IMG/VR virus record: IMGVR_UViG_3300042731_011014
Span: 113,891 to 177,890 of that record
Direction: 5' to 3' (one strand)
Origin: a virus
DNA: 64,000 nucleotides
Program-made: the position numbers and the translations under genes
Part shown: positions 10,723-18,703 of the stretch, one piece after another
How positions within the stretch are numbered: the first letter of the stretch is position 1
Layout: the number at the start of each line of letters is the position of its first letter
The notes under the pieces: generated by a model
The model's input: the letters and a program-made list of their open reading frames with translations, nothing else
What the model was told of the DNA's origin: nothing
Databases searched by the model: none

Positions 10723-10774
10723 AAAAGAAGGGATCTATTAGATTTCAAAAATAATGTATTTGCAGATACTAAAT

Positions 10775-11098
10775 TTAGTGTTCACCTATGTGGTCCTCAC
10801 CTAATTTATGAAGAATAACGCGGAGTATCCAGCACCATCCTGAACTAATAAATCCACATGCAACCAAATTGATGGCTGTAATATAAAAATCATCATGTGA
10901 CTTAATAAATTCTATATCTGGGACTTGTACATGCGGTATATTATAGGAACCAACTGCACTCACTAGTATGCCAACCCAAAACCCAAAACACATTGGACAC
11001 CTGAACACTTGGAATCTCCTTAGCGGCTCAAATAGCTTGCCACCTGTTACGGAGTTTGTAATCCCAAAGCAAATCATCAAGAAAACAATAAAATTCAT
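10775..11098 (-). CDS. Small membrane protein with CPMC.GFW motif (DUF1360-like)
   Basis: Several hydrophobic segments; RCPMCFGFWVG. Confidence 0.6.
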   Translation of the reverse strand: MNFIVFLMICFGITNSVTGGKLFEPLRRFQVFRCPMCFGFWVGILVSAVGSYNIPHVQVPDIEFIKSHDDFYITAINLVACGFISSGWCWILRVILHKLGEDHIGEH

Positions 11099-11331
11099 TT
11101 TATTCCTTTTTTTCGATCCTCAATTACCTCTTTTGGTACTTTTATAACCTGTTCTAGTGGCATTTTTATATGGTAGATATCGCCTTTATAATCGAAGACA
11201 ATTTTCATGTATTTTTTACCATCATATTTTATTGATGGTTTATATCTTTTGTCTTCGACGATATCAGCCGATATAGCAAAATCAATTACTTCCACATCGA
11301 TTTTTTCTCTTTTTCTATCGTATTTCGACAT
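11095..11331 (-). CDS. Hypothetical protein
   Basis: Co-oriented ORF with overlapping start/stop coupling. Confidence 0.55.
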   Translation of the reverse strand: MSKYDRKREKIDVEVIDFAISADIVEDKRYKPSIKYDGKKYMKIVFDYKGDIYHIKMPLEQVIKVPKEVIEDRKKGIK

Positions 11332-11557
11332 AGGTTTTACAACACGATTTACTATGACCGATAGGTGGTATTTCCCATTTTTTTTTCGGCAGGTTTATGT
11401 GTTCAATTTGACTTGGAAGTTCAATCATGTCGTCATCCCAGTTAGTCCTAATATCGTCTCTTTTTCTGAAAGGAATTTCTTCCTCTCTTTTGTGTGGGAT
11501 CTCTTGCCCCGGTTTCTCTTGATTATATAACATATCCTTCTCGCAATTGTTAATCAA
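11315..11557 (-). CDS. Hypothetical protein
   Basis: Co-oriented coupled ORF. Confidence 0.45.
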   Translation of the reverse strand: MINNCEKDMLYNQEKPGQEIPHKREEEIPFRKRDDIRTNWDDDMIELPSQIEHINLPKKKWEIPPIGHSKSCCKTYVEIR

Positions 11558-11960
11558 CCAGTGACGCTGGTTGCGGTATTGACTTTACTTTTTCCTTTAT
11601 GTTTAATTTAATTATCGAATCAATAGGATCACCATTGGACTTAGTTTCATGGTACATATCTATCACTTCAATTCTTTCTACATCAGCCAAAAAATACTTT
11701 AGCTCTTCCAGTTTTTGCTTAATATGAAGGGCTTTATCGTCATGCCATTTTGTTACCCATTGAGGGTTAGATCCGATACGCGATTCCTTTATTGAACTTT
11801 CCTCACTAAAATATTCCCAATTCTTATCTGATACTGAAAAAATCAATTTAAGATCTCTATTACGTATTTTCAACTGTCCGCAATCATCAACCTCTGCCTC
11901 AAGTCCTTCTACTTTTAAATACTTTTCAGATCCATGCATTTTTACAATAAACTTTTTCAT
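11550..11960 (-). CDS. Hypothetical protein
   Basis: GGAG RBS upstream; ATG overlaps the stop of the chaperone -1 frame (TAATG). Confidence 0.6.
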   Translation of the reverse strand: MKKFIVKMHGSEKYLKVEGLEAEVDDCGQLKIRNRDLKLIFSVSDKNWEYFSEESSIKESRIGSNPQWVTKWHDDKALHIKQKLEELKYFLADVERIEVIDMYHETKSNGDPIDSIIKLNIKEKVKSIPQPASLVD

Positions 11961-12178
11961 TATCTCCGTCTCCTAGATCTAGCTGATGTGGCAGCCGATA
12001 CCCTCGCAGATTTGATTTTTTCTGTTTTAACTTGTTCTATTTCATGTTTCTTCAAACATATTCTCATGCGTCTGGAAACAGGCATTCCCATAATTGTATC
12101 ATACTGCTGGTGCAGTGTTTCCATCAAGAAGAATAACTGATCTTCTAACCCATCTATGTCTCCGACGGGAAAAAAAAA
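11960..12178 (-). CDS. -1 frameshift extension of tail assembly chaperone (GT / gp51-like part); not in ORF track
   Basis: After the T9 run at 12170-12178 the -1 frame reads FPVGDIDGLEDQLFFLMETLHQQYDTIMGMPVSRRMRICLKKHEIEQVKTEKIKSARVSAATSARSRRRR* to TAA at 11960-11962. Confidence 0.8.
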   Translation of the reverse strand, partial: FFFPVGDIDGLEDQLFFLMETLHQQYDTIMGMPVSRRMRICLKKHEIEQVKTEKIKSARVSAATSARSRRRR

Positions 12179-12933
12179 TCAGCACTAAGCACTTCCAATC
12201 TAACAGCAAAAGTATTACCGCATGAATTACATGTAACATCTATATCTGTTTCAATTCCACCCTCTTTTTTAATAAAAGAATTCCTTATTGCATTCCTATC
12301 TCTTAATGATAGGTTCTTTAGGTCCTTTACATTTGGCGGGTGACCATCAATTTCAATAACACGAGTTAATAACTTCGTAGTCATTAGATCTTTACTTTGA
12401 CGAAGCATTATACCTGCTTTTTTCTGATCTTTTGCCTGCATAGCTTTCATTTTGACCATTTTCTTAGAGGCAGGAAGTTCTATTTCCCATATAAGCTTTT
12501 CTGGCTCTTCAGGGTATTTTACCTCAAGATCATCTATTTCAGATACATAATTTGATTCATATCCACAGTCATTATCCGTGCATTTTACTTTGAATTTATA
12601 GGTACTTCCAAGACTTACAATTCTTATTAACAAAATCCCGTAAATAAGATCGGTAATCTGCATATCCTGAATTGCTTTACCTATTTGCATGGGTTTATCA
12701 ATAATAAAGCTATTCTCATTTGTATCGCTTAGATTGATGGTGCATTTTGAAAGAATCTGCATTACCTTGTCTTCTACAGCTAGTTTTCTATTGGCTAAGA
12801 TATCTTCTTCATTGCCCGATAACTCTCTTATTGCTATATGCTTCAATAATGTCGTTGTACCATCATGCTCCCATACGACGCCACCAGGAAGGTCGAATTC
12901 ACCGGTAGTGCTTTTAGGATCTTCGTAACTCAT
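12154..12933 (-). CDS. Tail assembly chaperone G (T4 gp26-like)
   Basis: IAIRELSGNEEDIL, D...LL.IRIVSLGSTY.F.VKC...C, M.AM..KD, L..RDRNAIR, C.SCG; ends at slippery ADFFFPSET*. Confidence 0.85.
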   Translation of the reverse strand: MSYEDPKSTTGEFDLPGGVVWEHDGTTTLLKHIAIRELSGNEEDILANRKLAVEDKVMQILSKCTINLSDTNENSFIIDKPMQIGKAIQDMQITDLIYGILLIRIVSLGSTYKFKVKCTDNDCGYESNYVSEIDDLEVKYPEEPEKLIWEIELPASKKMVKMKAMQAKDQKKAGIMLRQSKDLMTTKLLTRVIEIDGHPPNVKDLKNLSLRDRNAIRNSFIKKEGGIETDIDVTCNSCGNTFAVRLEVLSADFFFPSET

Positions 12934-12946
12934 GTTTTTTTCTCTC

Positions 12947-13180
12947 CTACCTATCTTCTGGGTTGACTACCAAAAACTTATCAATCAGATATCTGATTAT
13001 ATCGCTAACAGTTCTATCCTCACATTTTGCCAATTCTTTTAGTTCGGCGTATTTATTTGATTCTACCCATACATTTAGTCTTATATTTTTTTGCTTTATT
13101 GCATTATTTTTGTCCCATTCTCTGCCGCGTCCAATGTTTACGCCCAACTTTCTTTCTTTATTTGGTTTATCTGAACTCAC
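12947..13180 (-). CDS. Ribbon-helix-helix (CopG/Arc-like) DNA-binding protein
   Basis: IRLNVWV beta strand, YAELKELAKCEDRTVSDIIRYLIDKFL helices. Confidence 0.8.
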   Translation of the reverse strand: MSSDKPNKERKLGVNIGRGREWDKNNAIKQKNIRLNVWVESNKYAELKELAKCEDRTVSDIIRYLIDKFLVVNPEDR

Positions 13181-13261
13181 TTATTTAACCTTGTTTATAC
13201 TTCTGTTAATAGAAGTAAAATAAAGTCAATTGTCAACCCTAGTTAGAGTAAAAAAAACTAA

Positions 13262-13480
13262 TTATCGGCAACTACATTTTGCAAACAAATCACTTACTGT
13301 AGTAAAACCAATCTTTTTCCGTTTTTTTCGCCTCTTTGATTTCTTAAAAATATTATGAATTTTTGGCGTTCTCATTGCCATAGGTCTTAAAATTGGGGAA
13401 ATATTTGAGGTCACTAACTGCTCATTAAAGAGACTATTAGCATATCTTAGAAGATCATCAACATATAATCTGTCTAGCAT
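13262..13480 (-). CDS. Hypothetical basic protein
   Basis: Co-oriented 72 aa ORF filling the gap; no motif. Confidence 0.3.
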   Translation of the reverse strand: MLDRLYVDDLLRYANSLFNEQLVTSNISPILRPMAMRTPKIHNIFKKSKRRKKRKKIGFTTVSDLFAKCSCR

Positions 13481-13483
13481 TTT

Positions 13484-14143
13484 CTATCCTGGAATTAGGT
13501 TTTCTGCAAATGCTGCCAAGCTATATTCTTCAACTAACTCCGGTTCAAGATCTAACTCGGCTATAGACACCTCGCTGCTCCTGGCATCAAAATCTGACGC
13601 TGCTTTCCATCTTGAGGGCAAACAGTTCCAAAGCATCCATGTTTTAGCAGGCATCCGCCAAATACCACCCATACCAGTAACTATTCCAGCTGATGCCCCC
13701 ATTGATGCAGCAAGGCTTCCACCCGTCTCACCAGCCGCAGCCACCAATCCCGCACCAAATGCAGTAGTACTTGCAATAGCAGCTACACCAGAATCTTGGG
13801 CAAACTGTATTAAAAGAAAATTCCGTCTAACTCTTGGGTTACCCATTTTGGGTGTTGGCCCCAAGATTCCACGAGAAAACCAGCGCCAAAAATCAGAATC
13901 ATAAAAAGTCGAACCACGTGAAAGAGTAATCGCGGAAACAGTGGCTCCTTTGATAACTTTACGTTTAGCTATAAAGTTACCTTCAGGTATTTCTTCAATC
14001 TCTGCTGTAATCTCTGGTGCCGTTGCTGATGAAAATCCAGCTTGAGGCATGAAAACCGGAACATGAGGCGGAATCAGCGGACATACATCAAGTAGATGAA
14101 ATCTAAAAACAGCTAATTCGTCTAATAACGTATGTCTCGCCAT
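13484..14143 (-). CDS. Tail tube-like protein 2 (gp19 family; probably tube-baseplate junction)
   Basis: GFSSATAPEIT.E.EE..EGN....KV......ITLSRG....DSDFW.W, W.L.NCLP.RW...DFDA.SSEVSIAEL.L. Confidence 0.85.
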   Translation of the reverse strand: MARHTLLDELAVFRFHLLDVCPLIPPHVPVFMPQAGFSSATAPEITAEIEEIPEGNFIAKRKVIKGATVSAITLSRGSTFYDSDFWRWFSRGILGPTPKMGNPRVRRNFLLIQFAQDSGVAAIASTTAFGAGLVAAAGETGGSLAASMGASAGIVTGMGGIWRMPAKTWMLWNCLPSRWKAASDFDARSSEVSIAELDLEPELVEEYSLAAFAENLIPG

Positions 14144-14151
14144 TCAAAATA

Positions 14152-14508
14152 CTAACCTTTAGGATTGCTTAGCTTTTTTGACATTCTAGTTGCTTTACCT
14201 TTTCGAAAAGTTGCTAATTTTTTCTTATATGCCTTTCTCTCTTTTCGCTTTGTTGCTGCGCTCTTTTTACCAACTTCACACCCACCTTTATCTTTTTTCT
14301 TTCCAATTTTACACCCACCTAAATTAACAGCTTCAACTAAATCACTAAGATCCTCAATAATATCCCCTAACATTTCACCAATATCTTCAATACTTAATTG
14401 ATTTTCTTCATCAAGATCCTCGTAATTTTCGTAATCCTCTTGTCCACTGTCATAATCTTCAGTGTAACCGGAAAGTCTCCTTAATTCTTCAAGCATACCT
14501 TTACTCAT
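14152..14508 (-). CDS. Hypothetical protein with acidic N-half and basic C-half (possible head-associated protein)
   Basis: MSKGMLEELRRLSG start and strong charge segregation. Confidence 0.55.
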   Translation of the reverse strand: MSKGMLEELRRLSGYTEDYDSGQEDYENYEDLDEENQLSIEDIGEMLGDIIEDLSDLVEAVNLGGCKIGKKKDKGGCEVGKKSAATKRKERKAYKKKLATFRKGKATRMSKKLSNPKG

Positions 14509-14567
14509 TTTTTATCTCCTAAATGTACCTGTCCTGTGTTTTTACAGAAACAGAGATTAAATTGTTT

Positions 14568-15050
14568 TTAGCTAACCACCTCAAGCTCAAAATATTCCAT
14601 TGATAAATCAAGCTCTTGGATGTTAATATCAGATGCCGTTGCATCCATATCGCCGGCAATTTTACATCTAATAGGCTGCGCCTCAAAGATGTTATACTTT
14701 TTTGCGATTGCAGTCCCATCGGGATCAATCGGTGTACCCGCATCACGGTGATAATGTCTAATTTCTATAGTTTGACGATACTGTTCGCCATTAATTGACA
14801 TCATGACCCAGTCCCAAAAATTGGTATCTGCACGAGTTGTTCCTCTCGACAAAGTAATGTCAGAGAAGGTTGGATTGCCAGCATATTTTCGTGTATATGT
14901 CCAGAGTCCTTCCTTGTACTCGCCTTGTTCAATGGACACCTCAGGTGTAGTTACTGCTGAAAAACCAGCACCAACTTCAAGGTAGTTATCCTCAGTGACC
15001 ACATGATATTTGGCTGATCCAAGAAAATCATCCGCTGTTGCTCTACCCAT
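14568..15050 (-). CDS. Major tail tube protein (T4 gp19-like)
   Basis: AGFSAVTTPEVSIEQGEYKEG....RKYAG...FSDITLSRG, FWDW, Y.I.EAQPIR.K..GDMDATASDINIQEL.L..E. Confidence 0.92.
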   Translation of the reverse strand: MGRATADDFLGSAKYHVVTEDNYLEVGAGFSAVTTPEVSIEQGEYKEGLWTYTRKYAGNPTFSDITLSRGTTRADTNFWDWVMMSINGEQYRQTIEIRHYHRDAGTPIDPDGTAIAKKYNIFEAQPIRCKIAGDMDATASDINIQELDLSMEYFELEVVS

Positions 15051-15090
15051 AATAAATCCTCCAAATCGTAAGAGTTAAGCTCTTACTTCT

Positions 15091-15119
15091 AATATACAAG
15101 GGGTCAAAATAGCAGTCAA
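15091..15119 (-). promoter_or_regulatory. Sigma70-type promoter upstream of tail tube gene
   Basis: TTGACT-17 bp-TATATT on minus strand, followed by a hairpin (15068-15086) and GGAGG RBS. Confidence 0.6.
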
Positions 15120-15143
15120 CTATGATAACCTCTCACGGGTCAC

Positions 15144-17663
15144 TTAGCCAGCAGAAGCAGTTTTTTGCTGAAATCTAATCCTAACAAACTCGCTTGGTTT
15201 CTCAGGTGCGATGTAAACATCAATAACTATGAATCCAGCATCAATACTGCCTTGTGGATTATTGCTTGTGTCAACAATTACTGCAAACGCTTCCTCTGGT
15301 GAATTTCCGGCAAAATAACCATCGTTGTAAAGATTGTTTAGAAAACCAACAATCTGTGTTTTTATCCTTGCCCAGAGACCAGGACCATTATTTTCAAATA
15401 CAATCCAATGGGTTGCATTGAATACAGATTTTTTGACAAAGATAAAAAGCCTTCTGGCCTGGATATATCTCCATTCACTGTCAAGTGACAATGTTCGAAC
15501 ACCCCAAACTGCCCGTCCGGTAAAACTTGAGTCCATAAACGGATTAATCCTGGTACTATAAAGAACGTCTCTTTCTCCTTTAGATAGAAGTCGTTCAATA
15601 CCAATGCAATAATTTAGCTTACCATCCTCAATACCACCTGGGGCCTTTCCTACGTTCCGATTTGAATCAGTTCGGGCATAAACACCAGCAACATGCCCAA
15701 CAGGAGGCAATAGCATTGGGCGACCCTCATTTAAGGGATCGGCGATCTGAAGATGCGGATAATACAGCGCACAGTAACTTGTGTTTTTATTTAGCGTTTG
15801 ACGATTCCATTTTGCTGCATCAGTTGGAGTATAGTTCATTGGAACCGCAGCAAGAACAAAACAATCATCCCTGTTCTCTGCGTAACCAATTTGATCATCT
15901 AGTGATGTTGGATCGCTACAAAAATCAGGAATAGAAATCTGCATAGGTTCCTCAATCTTATCAAAGGCATATATACCTTCAAGATCAGCTGCCAATGCAG
16001 GGGCAGTTACATCATTTCGAGTAATCGCCGCAGATCCATCAGCTCCACCGGAAAGTTCACAATAAGCTGTTCCAGTGGGTTCCAGAATATAAGTAACCTG
16101 AATATTGGTGTCTGCCGATGGCTCACTACCACCGTTAAAAATAACCGTACAGGCACCGGTCGTATAATTAACCACTGAGCCACTAGCTAGATTGGTACCA
16201 GAAATTACTCCGGTTCCATCACCCTGATCAGCGTCACCGCCCTCAGAAGCCCCGCCGTCAACATGAACAGTACAAGATCCGGGAAGAATTGACCATCCTG
16301 TTGGGACAACAAGATCTGCCGTAAAAGTGTCAGCCGATCCGGTTCCGTAACCAATCGAATACAGTGACTTGCTAACTGGTTTCAAGGAAGGTGGTACGTC
16401 AGGGCCATCAGCGCCAACAGTTAGATCGACACGTGTCGAAAGAGCATTGATAACGTTTGGTGCGTACCTTGCGCTATCTACATCACTAAAACTTAGTTCG
16501 AGATATTGTTCCTCAATCTGATACACATCATCATCATCTTTTTCATACACATAATAATCGAATTTTGTATAGGCGCCGGTTACAGCACTTTTATAATCCT
16601 CATTGAGTCTAATTTCGCCTTTAACCCCATTTCCCCATGCACCTTTGGATATTGCATCAACATCCCAATATGCACCGGCTGCGACACCATTATAAGTGTG
16701 TGGGTAGCTTCCTTCGGCAAGACCTAGTAGTAAATTGGAGCAATCATTTTCACTTGGCGCACTAAACTCAACTTCTGATAATACTCCAGTTGTTGGGGAC
16801 GTAAAAACCAGTCGGTTATCATCATCTTTTGCGACAATATCTTGCGTGTTTGAAGTATAAGTATGAGGATATGCACCTTCATCAAGACCAAGTAAAAGAT
16901 TGGTGCAATCATTTGCTGATGGTGCGGCAAACTCAATCTCTGTACCGGCCTTAAATAGTAACTTGGTGCCTTGAACAAAACACACCGTTGAACCAACGGC
17001 CGTGTTAATATTGGCAGCAATTACAGTTAACGCATAAGATCCACCTACACCACTATCACCGGTAACATCAATATCCGCAGCTCCACCGTCATCAATATCT
17101 AAATTGATATTAAAGTGTGTACCATCTAATGTGAGAATAGGATCAGTAATCGCTGCACCAAGAAATCGTGCTTTTTGCCAATCGTTATTAATATTGGTCA
17201 CAATTGCAGATAATGCATAAGATCCACCAACACCTTCGTCATTAGTAACATCAATCTCTTTTGCTTCGCCACCATCAATTGCAACATTGATATTATAATG
17301 TGTACCATCTAACGCCGTCGCTGGATCAGGTAAAACTCTCCCGGTTGACTCAGCCGCTGATGCAGACGAATTATGAGCACATGCAGCCGCGGCCGCATCA
17401 CTCGGAGTTACCCTAACCATATAAAGACGCTGGCCTCCATTTGCAAAAAAAGCTGTTACAGCAAAAGAAATATATGATTTTTTCCAATGTTCTCCAAAAG
17501 TTCGGAAATACTGTTCCAAACTTGTTATTAATGTAGCTTCATGCTCGGGACCGCGAGGCGTAAACCCCATGGTCGCCATTGTTGAAGTCGAAACAGCAGC
17601 AATGGCCCCAGCACCGGCTTTCCTCTCTTCGATATAAATTCCGGGACTTAGATAACTGGGCAT
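15144..17663 (-). CDS. Tail sheath protein with large insertion domains
   Basis: Likely start MPSYLSPGIYIEE at 17663 (GGAGG RBS). GFTPRGP, FFANGGQRLYMVRV; C-terminal LLPPVGHVAGVYARTD, RINP, VWGVRTL, WRYIQARRLF, VFENN, APEKPSEFVRIRF. Confidence 0.95.
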   Translation of the reverse strand: MPSYLSPGIYIEERKAGAGAIAAVSTSTMATMGFTPRGPEHEATLITSLEQYFRTFGEHWKKSYISFAVTAFFANGGQRLYMVRVTPSDAAAAACAHNSSASAAESTGRVLPDPATALDGTHYNINVAIDGGEAKEIDVTNDEGVGGSYALSAIVTNINNDWQKARFLGAAITDPILTLDGTHFNINLDIDDGGAADIDVTGDSGVGGSYALTVIAANINTAVGSTVCFVQGTKLLFKAGTEIEFAAPSANDCTNLLLGLDEGAYPHTYTSNTQDIVAKDDDNRLVFTSPTTGVLSEVEFSAPSENDCSNLLLGLAEGSYPHTYNGVAAGAYWDVDAISKGAWGNGVKGEIRLNEDYKSAVTGAYTKFDYYVYEKDDDDVYQIEEQYLELSFSDVDSARYAPNVINALSTRVDLTVGADGPDVPPSLKPVSKSLYSIGYGTGSADTFTADLVVPTGWSILPGSCTVHVDGGASEGGDADQGDGTGVISGTNLASGSVVNYTTGACTVIFNGGSEPSADTNIQVTYILEPTGTAYCELSGGADGSAAITRNDVTAPALAADLEGIYAFDKIEEPMQISIPDFCSDPTSLDDQIGYAENRDDCFVLAAVPMNYTPTDAAKWNRQTLNKNTSYCALYYPHLQIADPLNEGRPMLLPPVGHVAGVYARTDSNRNVGKAPGGIEDGKLNYCIGIERLLSKGERDVLYSTRINPFMDSSFTGRAVWGVRTLSLDSEWRYIQARRLFIFVKKSVFNATHWIVFENNGPGLWARIKTQIVGFLNNLYNDGYFAGNSPEEAFAVIVDTSNNPQGSIDAGFIVIDVYIAPEKPSEFVRIRFQQKTASAG

Positions 17664-17721
17664 TTTAACCTCCAAAAAAAACCTTACGGTATTTGTTCAT
17701 TTTTAATGCTTATTAAGCTTT

Positions 17722-18252
17722 TTATATCTCTTCATCATTGTTACTAGTCCAATCAATTTCACCTTTGAAATATGAACTATGTTTATCCTCTTCAACTTCT
17801 TCATCTAAGTCCAATTCGTTTATTGTGCTCTCTTCTTTAATGGGTTCGCTTTTTTCTACATTATCCATTTTCTCTTCAATAATCTCTTGCTCATCTACTA
17901 AATCTTTTGTTTGCGTTTCTTTTTGTTTTTCTTCCTCTAGTTGATCGTCTTTGACTGTGATTTCCTCGACATTTTCATTAGTCTCGGGATCACTAACTTC
18001 CCTTATATTATTAACCGGCTGAATGTTTTGTTCAACCTCTTTTTTCTTTTTATTTTCTATACTTACTTCTATCTGCTCTTCTAAATAGATTTCTTTTATC
18101 CATTTACTTCTAAGATACCTGCTAATATCAGGAGAATTAACATTAATACCCTCAACCATAAAAGTAGAAAATCTCGGTACTAATATTGAAGGACCCTCAA
18201 TAAGATTAATCGGTAATGGCCCACTGAAAATGTTTCTGTATGCTTTTTTCAT
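17722..18252 (-). CDS. Hypothetical protein with acidic low-complexity C-terminus
   Basis: Co-oriented ORF directly upstream of the sheath. Confidence 0.6.
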   Translation of the reverse strand: MKKAYRNIFSGPLPINLIEGPSILVPRFSTFMVEGINVNSPDISRYLRSKWIKEIYLEEQIEVSIENKKKKEVEQNIQPVNNIREVSDPETNENVEEITVKDDQLEEEKQKETQTKDLVDEQEIIEEKMDNVEKSEPIKEESTINELDLDEEVEEDKHSSYFKGEIDWTSNNDEEI

Positions 18253-18330
18253 AAAAAAACCCCTTTACTTTGTCCACGCGGCGGAAACCCCTGATTTCAA
18301 TCAGGAGAGGAGCCACCTAACGATTGAACA

Positions 18331-18464
18331 CTATGCATACGAATAACCGTCTATCCGTTGCAATATTTAAAAGCGATACCTTTCTTTAGCAATTCCCTTA
18401 CACGTGCCGGATGGCAGGGCATTAACGGCATTTTGTTTTTGTCTAAAACAAGAGCTTTTAACAT
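18331..18464 (-). pseudogene. iscB: iscB remnant (N-terminal PLMP fused to extreme C-terminus)
   Basis: MLKALVLDKNKMPLMPCHPARVRELLKKG|IAFKYC, then in a shifted frame LQRIDGYSYA*. Confidence 0.88.
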
Positions 18465-18701
18465 TGGGAGTTACCTCCCAATTCTCTGCTTTCGCAGGTA
18501 AAGGTCACCTCGGCAAAGTTAATGCACGGTTTTATATGCAAACAGCACTGGCTTAACCCCTTAGACCTGGTGAAGCATTCCAAAGTGCCTATATATTTGC
18601 GCTTAACGTAGCTCAAGAAGTATTGCTCCTTTGCTTAGCCTGGTCAACATAAGGCCTGTTATTTTTCACAAACCTCCGACTTAAAGTCGAGGGCAGTTGA
18701 C
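18465..18701 (-). ncRNA. omega-RNA (HEARO-like) scaffold of IscB
   Basis: GTCAAC...GTTGACCAGGCTAAG...GAGCTACGTT...TGCTTCACCAG...ACTTTGCCGAGG landmarks directly upstream of the PLMP start codon. Confidence 0.8.
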
Positions 18702-18703
18702 AT

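Larger units (their letters stand above)
18274..18701 (-). mobile_element. Non-autonomous IS200/IS605-family IscB element (about 430 bp, internally deleted)
   Basis: Left end GTCAACTGCCCTCGACTTTAAGTCGGAGG hairpin; right end CTCCTCTCCTGATTGAAATCAGGGGTTTCCGCC hairpin; PLMP and DGYSY IscB remnants between them. The right boundary is approximate. Confidence 0.88.

Noticed and set aside
11934-12140. Plus-strand 68 aa ORF
   Set aside because: Antisense to the chaperone -1 frame extension, which explains the region better.
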